A stretch of DNA of 33,707 bases from an uncultured Gammaproteobacteria bacterium (GTDB taxonomy: Bacteria; Pseudomonadota; Gammaproteobacteria; Ga0077536), in contig CAIPNE010000181.1 in NCBI GenBank assembly GCA_903866355.1, positions 1 through 33,707 on the forward strand, read 5' to 3'. The notes beneath the pieces are model-generated. The model was not told the DNA's origin and ran no database searches. It saw nothing but the letters and a program-made list of their open reading frames with translations. A program made the translations under genes and the position numbers. This document shows positions 17,760-26,493 of the stretch, in pieces. Within the stretch, counting starts at the first letter, position 1. Each line of letters begins with the position of its first letter.

Positions 17760-17773
17760 TGTGATATGTCACA
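17760..17773. promoter_or_regulatory. Short palindrome TGTGA-tatg-TCACA upstream of the methyltransferase gene
   Basis: The 5-bp arms are separated by 4 nt. The site lies 62-75 nt upstream of the 17698 start on the minus strand. Confidence 0.2.
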
Positions 17774-17803
17774 GGCACTCGGGTGAAATTTTCAAGCCAT
17801 CTC

Positions 17804-19699
17804 TCAACGTTGAAATTGCAGCGCGGCAAGTTTGGCATACAGACCACCCGCGGCCTGCAGCTCAAGATGGGTCCCTAATTCTACTAACTGTCCGAAATCC
17901 AGCACGGCAATGCGATCCGCTTTTTGCACCGTGGCCAAGCGATGGGCAATGATGAGCGTGGTGTGATTTTGCATGAGTTCGCCCAGAGCCTGTTGGACTA
18001 GGCGTTCGGATTCTGCGTCCAGCGCGCTCGTCGCCTCATCCAACAATAAGAGGGGACGCTGTGCCAGTACCGCCCGCGCAATGGCCAAGCGCTGGCGCTG
18101 GCCACCCGACAGTTGCACACCGCGTTCACCCAACGGTGTGGCGAGCCCCTGCGGTAAGCGCTCGATAAATTCCCACGCGTAAGCCGCATGGCAGGCGGCC
18201 GCCACGTCGGCGTCGCTCGCGGCTGGGCGGCCATAACGCACGTTGTCGGCGACGCTGGCGGCGAAAATGACGGGATCCTGCGACACCAACGCCATAGCTC
18301 CCCGCAAATCCGCGAGGCTGAGTGTCCGGCTATCCACGCCATCCAAACGAATCAGGCCGGCCTGAGGGTCGTAATAGCGCAACAGCAATTGGAAAAGGGT
18401 CGTTTTGCCGGCACCCGACGGCCCGACAAGGGCGACCTGCTCGCCCGGTGCCACTTGGAGTGTGAAGTCGCGCAGGGCCAAAGTCTCCGGACGTGAGGGG
18501 TAAGCAAAAGTGAGCTGCTCAAAACTGAGCGCGCCGCGGGCGGGCCGCGCTAGGGGGGTGGGTTTAGCGGGCGCCGTGACTTCTGGCTCGGTCTTCAATA
18601 ACTCTAGCAGGCGCTCGGCCGCACCCGCCGCGCGCTGCAAGTCCCCCATGACTTCGGCGAGCGCACCAACCGCCCCAGCCACAATCACCGCATAAAACAC
18701 AAAGGCCGAGAGCGCTCCGGGCGACAAACGTCCGGCCACCACATCGTTGCCGCCTACCCACAAAATGACCCCGATCGCACCAAATGCCAGCAAAATAACC
18801 GAGGCCACCATCGTTGCGCGCACGAGGATGCGCCGCTCAGCAGTCTGGAACTGGGCTTCTACGCGCGCACCGAACGCGGCGCGGTCCACTGGCTCGTGGA
18901 CATAGGCCTGGACGGTACGGATTTCATGCAGGGTCTCATCGATGAAGGCGGCCACGTCCGCCAGACGGTCTTGGCTGGCCCGTGACAGACGGCGCAAGCG
19001 ACGACCGGCCAGCATGATAGGAAAAAAGACCAGCGGCACACCGAATAACACCAGCAGGGTGAGCTTGGCCGACGTGATCGCAAGCATCACCAAGGCACCC
19101 AACATCAGCAAAAGATTGCGCACGGCAAAAGAGGCTGAGGAACCAATAACGACCTCTAGCAGACTGACATCGTTGGTCAGACGGGAGGTCACTTCGCCGG
19201 TGCGAGTCACCTCAAAAAAGGCGGGCGACAAGCGCAGGATGTGGTCGAACAATGCACGGCGAATGTCCGCTGTTACGCGTTCACCTAACCAAGTGACCCA
19301 ATAAAAGCGGGCAAAGGTTGCCCCGGCCATCACCACGATAACCGCCAACAAACCGACCAAAGCCTCGTTGAGCAAGCTGGGTTCACCGGCCAAGATGCCG
19401 CCGTCGATGACCCGCTTTACGCCTTGACCAATCGCCAGCACGCTGCCGGCGGCGACCAGCAGCGCCAGCGCAGCCCCCACCGCGCAGCGCCAATAGGGGC
19501 GCACAAAGCGCCACAGGACTGAGATTTGGCGCAAGTCGCGTGAAATGGGGCGTGCGGCGGAGGCGTTCGAAGTGGCGACGAAAAATTCCTTGGGAACAGA
19601 AAACCAGCGCAGCATAACCGGGGCTTCATCCCCGTACAGGGCTTGTATAGTATCGGGCGTGCGCAGGCGCGCCACTGGCCCTGCGATCAAACCAACCAA
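17804..19699 (-). CDS. ABCB-type exporter (fused transmembrane and ATPase domains, MsbA-like)
   Basis: 631-aa maximal ORF. It has Walker A GPSGAGKTT, the signature LSGGQRQR and Walker B LLLLDEATSALD, plus six N-terminal hydrophobic helices. The true start may be the internal ATG at 19615 (MLRWFSV). The maximal ORF would leave only 23 bp to the divergent gene. Confidence 0.9.
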   Translation of the reverse strand: MVGLIAGPVARLRTPDTIQALYGDEAPVMLRWFSVPKEFFVATSNASAARPISRDLRQISVLWRFVRPYWRCAVGAALALLVAAGSVLAIGQGVKRVIDGGILAGEPSLLNEALVGLLAVIVVMAGATFARFYWVTWLGERVTADIRRALFDHILRLSPAFFEVTRTGEVTSRLTNDVSLLEVVIGSSASFAVRNLLLMLGALVMLAITSAKLTLLVLFGVPLVFFPIMLAGRRLRRLSRASQDRLADVAAFIDETLHEIRTVQAYVHEPVDRAAFGARVEAQFQTAERRILVRATMVASVILLAFGAIGVILWVGGNDVVAGRLSPGALSAFVFYAVIVAGAVGALAEVMGDLQRAAGAAERLLELLKTEPEVTAPAKPTPLARPARGALSFEQLTFAYPSRPETLALRDFTLQVAPGEQVALVGPSGAGKTTLFQLLLRYYDPQAGLIRLDGVDSRTLSLADLRGAMALVSQDPVIFAASVADNVRYGRPAASDADVAAACHAAYAWEFIERLPQGLATPLGERGVQLSGGQRQRLAIARAVLAQRPLLLLDEATSALDAESERLVQQALGELMQNHTTLIIAHRLATVQKADRIAVLDFGQLVELGTHLELQAAGGLYAKLAALQFQR

Positions 19700-19722
19700 C
19701 TGCCCACAGCAGAGGAAATTCC

Positions 19723-20628
19723 ATGAGCATTCGTACCCCGCAAGATCTTCGCGACGCCTACCGGAAATTCAACGAGAAAGTGCTAAGCAACCCTAGCGCC
19801 ACCCTGGCCGACATGCGGGCGGATGCGGAAGTCTTCGCCGAGATGACCACCGAGCCCACTGCGGTAGCCACCGAAACGGTGAATGCGGGTGGCGTGCCGG
19901 CGCTGATGCTCACGCCCGAACACTGCAAAAGCGACCGCGTTTTGCAGTACACCCACGGCGGCGGCTATGTGTTCTGTTCGGCAGCGAGCCACCGGCGTCT
20001 GGCCGGGCATATCGCCAAGGCCATCGGCTGCCGCGCGCTGGTGCTGGATTATCGCCTAGCCCCGGAACACCCCCATCCCGCGCCGGTGAACGATGCCGTC
20101 GCCGCCTATCGCTGGTTATTGGCACAAGGCATTCAGCCCCAGCACATCGCCTTCTCGGGCGACTCTGCGGGTGGTGGGCTAGTCTTGGGGGCGTTGGTGA
20201 AAGCACGTGACGAGGGCCTGCCGCAACCGGCGGGCGCAGTGCCGCTATCGCCATGGACTGATATGGAAGCCACGGGGGAGTCGATGCTCACGCGTGCCGC
20301 GCTCGACATGTGCGTGCAGAAAGTGGGGATCCAGCAGCTAGCGCCGATGTTTCTGGGGACGAACAGTTCGCGCGATCCTTATGCATCGCCGTACTACGCG
20401 GACTTGCGGGGCATTGCGCCGTTGTACATCCAGGTGGGTGACGAAGAAACGCTGCTGGATGATTCGGTTCGGCTCGCGCATCGGGCGCTCGACGCAGGCG
20501 TTGAAGTGAAGTTGGAAATCTACCCGGAGATGCAGCACATTTTCCAGATTTGCGCGGGCAATCTGCCGCAGGCCGATTTGGCGATCAGCCGCATCGCCGC
20601 TTGGTTGCAGCCTAAACTCGGGCTCTAG
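19723..20628 (+). CDS. Alpha/beta hydrolase, hormone-sensitive-lipase-type esterase
   Basis: 301 aa. It has the oxyanion motif HGGGY and the nucleophile elbow GDSAGG. GAGGAA lies 6 nt upstream of the ATG. Confidence 0.9.
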   Translation: MSIRTPQDLRDAYRKFNEKVLSNPSATLADMRADAEVFAEMTTEPTAVATETVNAGGVPALMLTPEHCKSDRVLQYTHGGGYVFCSAASHRRLAGHIAKAIGCRALVLDYRLAPEHPHPAPVNDAVAAYRWLLAQGIQPQHIAFSGDSAGGGLVLGALVKARDEGLPQPAGAVPLSPWTDMEATGESMLTRAALDMCVQKVGIQQLAPMFLGTNSSRDPYASPYYADLRGIAPLYIQVGDEETLLDDSVRLAHRALDAGVEVKLEIYPEMQHIFQICAGNLPQADLAISRIAAWLQPKLGL

Positions 20629-20639
20629 AGCACGCTAAC

Positions 20640-20669
20640 GGCCAGGGCGACCAACACGCCGCCCTGGCC
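20640..20669. terminator. GC-rich hairpin between convergent genes
   Basis: GGCCAGGGCG-accaacacgc-CGCCCTGGCC forms a perfect 10-bp stem. It lies between the stops at 20628 (+) and 20683 (-). There is no clear U-tract. Confidence 0.4.
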
Positions 20670-20682
20670 CTAATCGCGGTGC

Positions 20683-21513
20683 TTATTCGGGCACCGTCCA
20701 GCGCAGGCGGCAACGCCCCGGCACAGATTCACCCAACCCCAACGCCAAAGCGGCCAAATCCACATCCAGCTTAAAAGGCGGGTTGATAATCACCATGCCC
20801 GAACCCTGCAAATTGACCCCAGCGCCCGCTTCGTGCGGGAGATATTCCAGGCACAGTTGACGCGGAATACCCGTGGCCGCAATGCGTTCGACAAAACGCT
20901 GCGCCGCGAGGCGCGAAAGCACCGGAAACCACAGTAAATAAACCCCCGTGGCCCAGCGGCGATGCGCGTCAACCAGTAGCTCGACTACCCGGCTGTAGTC
21001 GCTCTTGAGCTCATAGGGTGGGTCGATGAACACCATGCCCCGGCGCTCGGGCGGCGGGAGGTAGGCTTTGAGGCGTTCAAACGCATCGCCACGTTCGACC
21101 TTAACCGCCGCCGAGCCACCAAAGGCCAAGTGCAAAGCCTGATGATCGGCGGGGTGTAACTCCATCAGCACCATGCGGTCGGCGGGTCGCAACAAGCGCT
21201 GGGCGATGAGCGGTGAACCCGGGTAATGCCGCAGAGTCCCTTCGGGATTGAGGTCGTGAACGATAGACAGCAGCGGCGCGAGCGCCGGTACGCTAGCTGC
21301 AGGCGGCCACCAGCGGCCAATGCCGTCCTGAAACTCCCCCGTGCGCAACGCACGCACGTCGTCCAGCGCATAGCGGCCGGGGCCAGCATGCGTGTCGATG
21401 TAAACAAAAGGTTTGTCCTTGCGTAACAAGGCCTGCAGCGTCAGCGTGAGCACCGCATGCTTGAGGATGTCGGCATGATTGCCGGCGTGAAAAATATGAC
21501 GATAACCAAGCAC
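20683..21513 (-). CDS. rlmJ: 23S rRNA (adenine2030-N6)-methyltransferase
   Basis: 276 aa with a GTG start. The N-terminus MLGYRHIFHAGNHADILKHAVL closely matches the conserved RlmJ N-terminus. The DPPY-type motif is FIDPPYE. Confidence 0.9.
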   Translation of the reverse strand: MLGYRHIFHAGNHADILKHAVLTLTLQALLRKDKPFVYIDTHAGPGRYALDDVRALRTGEFQDGIGRWWPPAASVPALAPLLSIVHDLNPEGTLRHYPGSPLIAQRLLRPADRMVLMELHPADHQALHLAFGGSAAVKVERGDAFERLKAYLPPPERRGMVFIDPPYELKSDYSRVVELLVDAHRRWATGVYLLWFPVLSRLAAQRFVERIAATGIPRQLCLEYLPHEAGAGVNLQGSGMVIINPPFKLDVDLAALALGLGESVPGRCRLRWTVPE

Positions 21514-21655
21514 GAAATTAAATTACCAATTTCTGCGAGCGCTGCGGCCTCGCTCTGTGAAGTCTTTCTATGTACCCAAACATCCCTTGGGGTGTAGCAT
21601 CCCGGGCGCTATATCCAGCCCGATTATCCTGCATCTACTATAAGGAAGTGTCCCC

Positions 21656-22696
21656 ATGAGTCTACGCTTTGGCGTTCTTTGGCCGTTTCGCAATCCTGCT
21701 TTTGCCCACGTGCCGTGGGAACAGCTTTACCGCACCCACCTCGACCTCATCGTCGACTCCGAAGCCATGGGCTACGATGATGCCTGGTTAACGGAGCATC
21801 ACTTCGTTGACGACGGATACTCGCCTTCGCTGCTGCCCATCGCCGCGGCAGTTGCCAGCCGTACGTCGCATATCCGGATCGGCACCTTCCTCGTATTGTT
21901 GCCTTTGCACAACCCGGTGCGTCTTGCCGAAGACACCGCCACCGTCGACCTCATCTCCAACGGCCGCTTCGAACTCGGCGTGGGCTTGGGTTACCGCCCG
22001 GAGGAGTTCGACAATCAGGGTATTTCTTCCTCCGAGCGCGGCGCTCGCTTGCAAGAAGGCATCTCGGTCATCCAACGCCTGCTCAGCGGCGAATCCGTCA
22101 CCATCGATGGCAAATTCAGCAAGCTGAAAGACATTAAAATCGTGCCACCTGCCTTACAGCGCCCGCATCCTCCGCTGTGGCTCGGCGCCATCGCGCCGAA
22201 AGCGATCGAACGGGCAGCCCGGATGGGTTTCCATTTCCAGGCGGTGGGTCCCAGCGCCCTAGATAAAATCTACGATGCGGCGTTGATCAAACACGGGCGT
22301 AATCCCGAGAACTTCAACATTGCGCAGTTACGCGCCGTATTCGTGGCAAAAAGCCGCGAACAAGCGTGGGAAATTGCCGCCAAACCGTTGCACTACATGG
22401 CTACTTGCTACGCCGAATGGTTTGCCGCAGCAGGCGACCAGCCGGGCGATGAAAATGCGTTGGCCGGCATTCCTAGCGTGGACGAGATGATCAGCAAGCA
22501 GGCTTTCAGCTTCTTTGGCGAAGACGCCATTGTGGGCACACCGAAAGACGCCGCCGAAATGATCGATGACTACACCAAGCGTGGGCGTCTCACCCACATG
22601 GTGTGTGCCACCGCCCTGCCGGGCGTCGCGCCGCACCAGATCCGCACCAGCATGGGCTTGTTTGCCAAAGAAGTGATCCCACTTTTTCGCAAATAA
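21656..22696 (+). CDS. LLM-class flavin-dependent oxidoreductase
   Basis: 346 aa. MSLRFGVLWPF...GYDDAWLTEHHF...RIGTFLVLLPLHNPVRLAED...RFELGVGLGY fits the LLM pattern. AAGGAAG serves as the RBS. Confidence 0.85.
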   Translation: MSLRFGVLWPFRNPAFAHVPWEQLYRTHLDLIVDSEAMGYDDAWLTEHHFVDDGYSPSLLPIAAAVASRTSHIRIGTFLVLLPLHNPVRLAEDTATVDLISNGRFELGVGLGYRPEEFDNQGISSSERGARLQEGISVIQRLLSGESVTIDGKFSKLKDIKIVPPALQRPHPPLWLGAIAPKAIERAARMGFHFQAVGPSALDKIYDAALIKHGRNPENFNIAQLRAVFVAKSREQAWEIAAKPLHYMATCYAEWFAAAGDQPGDENALAGIPSVDEMISKQAFSFFGEDAIVGTPKDAAEMIDDYTKRGRLTHMVCATALPGVAPHQIRTSMGLFAKEVIPLFRK

Positions 22697-22739
22697 ACGG
22701 TCCAGCCCAAGCTTAAAATTTGGGTGAGGAGTTTTCTAA

Positions 22740-22774
22740 CGAGGTACCTGCAACCCGGGTACCTCGTTTTTTTT
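22740..22774 (+). terminator. Rho-independent terminator
   Basis: CGAGGTACC-tgcaacccg-GGTACCTCG forms a perfect 9-bp stem and is followed by TTTTTTTT. It lies 44 nt after the stop at 22696. Confidence 0.75.
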
Positions 22775-22863
22775 GGGTCTCAACTTGTGGCGGCCATAGG
22801 GCCGTGCAACTTTTAGGTTTGGTTTAGGCCCCGCAGCGCAACGCCCCCCAACCACCTTGTGCG

Positions 22864-23463
22864 TCAGGTGGTCACGCCGAAAGCACGCCGTTGCGCCTGA
22901 AAAGTCTCGACATCGCAGGCCATGATCAGCAGGTCGTGGTATTCGCCTGCGCGGTCCTTCACTTCGTCTTTCAATAAAGCTTCGGGTTGGAAGCCTAGCT
23001 CCTGAAAAAGTCCGCGCGCACCGCGCTGATCGGTGGTCATGCGCGCCACCACTTTTTCGATTCCTAACGCGAGTGCCATATTGAAGGCTTCGCGGGTCAG
23101 CAGCCGCCCAAGACCCACGCCCCGCGCCCGATCGGCAGTCGCCACGCGCAGGTCAGCGACGTGGCCAGACCAATCGAGTTCGGTGAGATGGAGCGAGGAA
23201 TACCCGGCAATCCCATGCGCGTCCTCGCATAAAATGCTGTACATGGCACCACGCCGCACAGCGTCTAACCAGCGACCAATACCAGCCGGTTTGGTGATAT
23301 CTCTGCGCATAAACAGCAGGTCGTGCGGCGGCAATTCGAGAGCAAAGGCTTGCAGAGCCTCACCATCGTCGAGCGTCATCGCTCGCACCGTAAACGACTT
23401 GCCCTGCAGTTTGATCTGCAAGGGGTAATGCTTCCATGCCTCGGCGACGCGGGCTTGCGACAT
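22864..23463 (-). CDS. GNAT-family N-acetyltransferase
   Basis: The ORF is 22864..23493. The start MSQARVAEAW at 23463 is preceded by AGGAGA 8 nt upstream. The acetyl-CoA motif RARGVGLGRLL is present. Confidence 0.8.
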   Translation of the reverse strand: MSQARVAEAWKHYPLQIKLQGKSFTVRAMTLDDGEALQAFALELPPHDLLFMRRDITKPAGIGRWLDAVRRGAMYSILCEDAHGIAGYSSLHLTELDWSGHVADLRVATADRARGVGLGRLLTREAFNMALALGIEKVVARMTTDQRGARGLFQELGFQPEALLKDEVKDRAGEYHDLLIMACDVETFQAQRRAFGVTT

Positions 23464-23518
23464 GAGCGAGTTCTCCTGTGAGTGTGGCTGCAAAAATTAA
23501 GGTGGGTGACGGGCGCCG

Positions 23519-24634
23519 CTAGACCGAGCGCGTGCTCAGCCAACGGTCGAGTTGTGGCCAGAGTCGGTAAACCGCGTTACCGCCGGCTACCAAACTCACA
23601 TGCCCACCCTTGATGATGATCTCCTGCTTGTCTTTGCTACCGACAAGTCCAATGAGATCGCGTGACGCTGCCGTTGGTACGATGTGGTCGTACTCTGCGG
23701 CAACGTGGAGAAACGGCACGCGGATTTTACCGATATCAATCGCTTTGTCACCCACGTGAAAATTGCCGTGGATGATCTGGTTGCCACGGAGAAAATCGCG
23801 GACAAATTCCTGGGTGAACAGGCCGGGCAGCGGCAATTGATCGGCGGCCCAGCGGTCGAAACGTAGATTAGCCTTCACAAAGGCATCGTTACCGACGTTG
23901 TTGAGGAGTTGCAACTGATTCGCTCTGCGTTGTAATGGCCGCAGCGCTTGAATCGACGCGTTGATCATTTCACCCGGAATGACGCCCAACTCAGTAACTA
24001 AACGATCAACATCAAAGGCCTTACTGGTGACCCACTGTTTGTAGAGCGTCATGCCGTCCGCATTCACCGGGGTGGTAAAGCAGACCAGATTTTTCAGGCC
24101 GCTACGAGGATAAAGCGCGGCGTGCAGGCAGGCCAATAAGCCCCCCAAGCAATAGCCGATGACCGTGAGGTCGGACTCACCGCAGTCGGCGGCAACGCGT
24201 GCCATGGCGTCGTTGATCATCTCGCACACGAAGGCTTCGATACCCAACGCCGCATGCTCGCGGCGCGGCGCGACCCAATCGATCATGTAGACGTCGTAGC
24301 CCTGCAGGACCAAGTATTCGACAAAACTCTGCCCCGCGGCCAAGTCTAAAATGTAGCCCTTGGACACCGGCGACATAATGATCAACACCGGCACTCGATA
24401 AATTTCAGCCAACATTGGCTGGTAGCGGTACAGGCGCAGGGTGTCACGCGCATACACCAATTCTTTAGGTGTTTGCCCCACCTCAATATCCAGTTCCTGC
24501 GCGGGCAAGCGCAGTCCGGGAATGTTGCGGGACAGCGTGCGTTCTACCGCTCGCTGTACCTGGCGGTCGATTTCCGCTTGCGGAATGACCGGCTCAGCGG
24601 GTGGTTGCGAGGCCGGTTTGCGTCGGCTTGCCAT
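23519..24634 (-). CDS. phaC: Class III/IV-type poly(3-hydroxyalkanoate) synthase catalytic subunit PhaC
   Basis: 371 aa, which is the short PhaC class. It has the lipase-box with Cys VIGYCLGG, the Asp in AAEYDHIVP and the His in KGGHVSLVAGG. The segments YRYQP...VPVLIIMSPV...YDVYMIDW are collinear with Allochromatium-type PhaC as I recall it. The start lies 2 nt after the stop of the upstream gene. Confidence 0.9.
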   Translation of the reverse strand: MASRRKPASQPPAEPVIPQAEIDRQVQRAVERTLSRNIPGLRLPAQELDIEVGQTPKELVYARDTLRLYRYQPMLAEIYRVPVLIIMSPVSKGYILDLAAGQSFVEYLVLQGYDVYMIDWVAPRREHAALGIEAFVCEMINDAMARVAADCGESDLTVIGYCLGGLLACLHAALYPRSGLKNLVCFTTPVNADGMTLYKQWVTSKAFDVDRLVTELGVIPGEMINASIQALRPLQRRANQLQLLNNVGNDAFVKANLRFDRWAADQLPLPGLFTQEFVRDFLRGNQIIHGNFHVGDKAIDIGKIRVPFLHVAAEYDHIVPTAASRDLIGLVGSKDKQEIIIKGGHVSLVAGGNAVYRLWPQLDRWLSTRSV

Positions 24635-24636
24635 GG

Positions 24637-25023
24637 TTAGAGTTGCTCCGGCGGACGCCTAGTACGGGCTGGACGTTGCGCACCGCTGGCCACCGGCGTG
24701 ACGTTTACGCCTTGGGCGAGACGGGTGCGGACTTCGCGCAGTTCAACCTGCACGGCGGCGAGCGCATCTTCCACCTGCCCCATGCGGTCGCCAAGGTCGA
24801 GAATGTCTTGGCGCGAAGGCAAGTTGAGATTGGCTAAGTATTGCGCCATCGATTCACTGAACATCCGGTGCGTGTGCAGCGCCTCCTGCATGTAGCGCCC
24901 CATACCTTTGGAGAAACGCTCGTCACCCATGATATCGGTGAGCGACTGACTCCACGCTTTCTCAGATTTCACGAACCATTCCCGCCATAAACGCACGGGG
25001 TTGAGTTGGTCATCGTCTGTCAT
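24637..25023 (-). CDS. Short PHA synthase partner subunit, PhaR(class IV)/PhaE-like
   Basis: The ORF is 24637..25074. The start MTDDDQLNP at 25023 is preceded by AAGGAG 7 nt upstream. WREWFVKSEKAWSQSLTDIMGDERFSKGMGRYMQ...YLANLNLPSRQDILDLGDRMGQVEDAL resembles Bacillus PhaR and the PhaE C-terminal region, by eye. It sits immediately upstream of phaC. Confidence 0.65.
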   Translation of the reverse strand: MTDDDQLNPVRLWREWFVKSEKAWSQSLTDIMGDERFSKGMGRYMQEALHTHRMFSESMAQYLANLNLPSRQDILDLGDRMGQVEDALAAVQVELREVRTRLAQGVNVTPVASGAQRPARTRRPPEQL

Positions 25024-25885
25024 GTGCATGCTCCTTGGAATGTGCCTGCCGACCACTTGGCGCGGTTCCATCACCGGTCAATGGTTGGGCCAGGCGGTGG
25101 GCGATCGCGCGATAAACTTCCGGGTGAAAAATCATACCGACATGGGTGCAGTGCACCTCGGTGTTGTGAGTGGGATCATCTTCGATACAGCTGGACCAGT
25201 CGGCCACGCCATCGCTACGGGAGTACACCGCAAACTGCGCCACGGCGCGCGGTTGTGGGTCCAGCAAATTCCTGACGAAGGGACACAGGCAATGCCCCGT
25301 CCCACACGAGGCGCGCAGGTTGCGCCCCACCACGCCGCTCTGCGCCCGTTTGAGTTGGTCCCACAAGCCAACCACGACCGGGTGCGCCCTGACGAAGGAA
25401 CGAAAAGGGGACCCCAACGTGATGACGCGGTCGACCAGATGGGGGTGGTCTTGCACCAAGCTCTTGGCCAACATGCCGCCCAAGCTGTGTCCCACCAAGC
25501 GCACCCGCATCCCGCATTCTTCGCTGATGCGCTGGGCCCGCAGTGCCAAAGCCCGCGCCGTCAGATCGGGGCAATCATTGTTCCAAACGATGTTCGACAG
25601 GTAAGAGCGATAACCGAGGCGCTTTAACCAGCGATGCAGCTCCAACATCAGAAAGTCGCCCGCCATAAAGCCCGGAATGAGCATCACGGGTTCGCGTTGG
25701 CCACGCTGTAAACCCGCACCGCTATACACCGAGGAGAACCGGAGCTTAAACCAATCCCCCGCCCACGCAGCTTCCCGCCAGAGGGGCGTGAGCGTGGCCT
25801 GCACCGAGGGGTCGTGTGCAAAAGGGTCGTTGAATGCAGCGCTGACGCTGCATTCTTCGCTCGCCTTCGGTTCATTAGAGTCCAT
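25010..25885 (-). CDS. Alpha/beta hydrolase with lipase box (PGAP1/lipase-like)
   Basis: 291 aa. It has the nucleophile elbow VGHSLGG, ITLGSPFRS, a candidate Asp in YSRSDGVADW and a candidate His in CTHVGMIFHPE. A Cys/His-rich insert reads SCGTGHCLCPF. The stop overlaps the PhaR-like start by 14 bp. Confidence 0.8.
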   Translation of the reverse strand: MDSNEPKASEECSVSAAFNDPFAHDPSVQATLTPLWREAAWAGDWFKLRFSSVYSGAGLQRGQREPVMLIPGFMAGDFLMLELHRWLKRLGYRSYLSNIVWNNDCPDLTARALALRAQRISEECGMRVRLVGHSLGGMLAKSLVQDHPHLVDRVITLGSPFRSFVRAHPVVVGLWDQLKRAQSGVVGRNLRASCGTGHCLCPFVRNLLDPQPRAVAQFAVYSRSDGVADWSSCIEDDPTHNTEVHCTHVGMIFHPEVYRAIAHRLAQPLTGDGTAPSGRQAHSKEHAHDRR

Positions 25886-25965
25886 CGCGTCTCACTAGAG
25901 AGTCTGCTGGAAACCACCTGTTGCGCCACCGTGAAGGGCTCGCCGGAGGTTCCAACAGCGTCGGT

Positions 25966-26400
25966 TTAGGCGGTTTTGGCGAACCAACCAGCGAACGGCC
26001 GAATGTTGGTGCCGAAGCCCGTCGCCCCCACCGTGCCGGCCCAAATTTCCTGTGCTTCGGCGCCGGCTTGTACCTGCTCTTCATACACGAGCTTGCCGAA
26101 TTTTAGCGCGCGTTCCTGAGCGGCTGTCGCCGCGTCCATCACCAACTTCGCCGCCGCGCTGAAATCAGCGGGATGTTCCAACACTTGACGGCTAATGCCG
26201 AGCATATCGCGTTGACCGGCGATGAGCGCATCACTGAGTTCTGCAGACACGCGCTGGGCACGAGCCCGGCTGCCTTTGAGGCTGCTGGTAAACGTCTCGT
26301 GGTGATTGGTCAAGGTGTCGAGGTACTCCGCAAAGGCATTGGCAACCGGGTTAGTGGTGTCTTTGGCAGCTTTGTGACGGGCATTCTGGGTGGTGGTCAT
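25966..26400 (-). CDS. Phasin-like, alanine-rich, probably helical protein (assignment by context)
   Basis: 144 aa with AGGAGA 5 nt upstream of the ATG. The composition is Ala/Gln/Glu-rich and looks helix-prone by eye, with no enzymatic motif. It lies at the head of the phaC operon, divergent from a PadR regulator. Confidence 0.45.
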   Translation of the reverse strand: MTTTQNARHKAAKDTTNPVANAFAEYLDTLTNHHETFTSSLKGSRARAQRVSAELSDALIAGQRDMLGISRQVLEHPADFSAAAKLVMDAATAAQERALKFGKLVYEEQVQAGAEAQEIWAGTVGATGFGTNIRPFAGWFAKTA

Positions 26401-26483
26401 GGACTTCTCCTAGGCTCGATTGAGTTAGATACTGACATAATATGTTGCAGTGCACACTAGCGCTTTTATCTATATGCGTTTTG

Positions 26484-26493
26484 CACCTAGGTG
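26484..26493. promoter_or_regulatory. Perfect 10-bp palindrome CACCTAGGTG in the phasin/padR divergent promoter region (candidate operator)
   Basis: Read directly from the sequence. A second near-palindrome, ACAT-aat-ATGT, lies at 26435..26445. Confidence 0.2.

Noticed and set aside
17760-17773. A possible CRP/FNR-type site, TGTGA....TCACA.
   Set aside because: The half-sites are separated by 4 nt, not the 6 nt required for CRP-family binding. I kept it only as a generic low-confidence palindrome.
16882-17803. An integron gene cassette or IS-borne passenger as the explanation for the low-GC methyltransferase.
   Set aside because: I found no attC-like RYYYAAC/GTTRRRY core sites, no terminal inverted repeats and no integrase or transposase gene in or near the segment.
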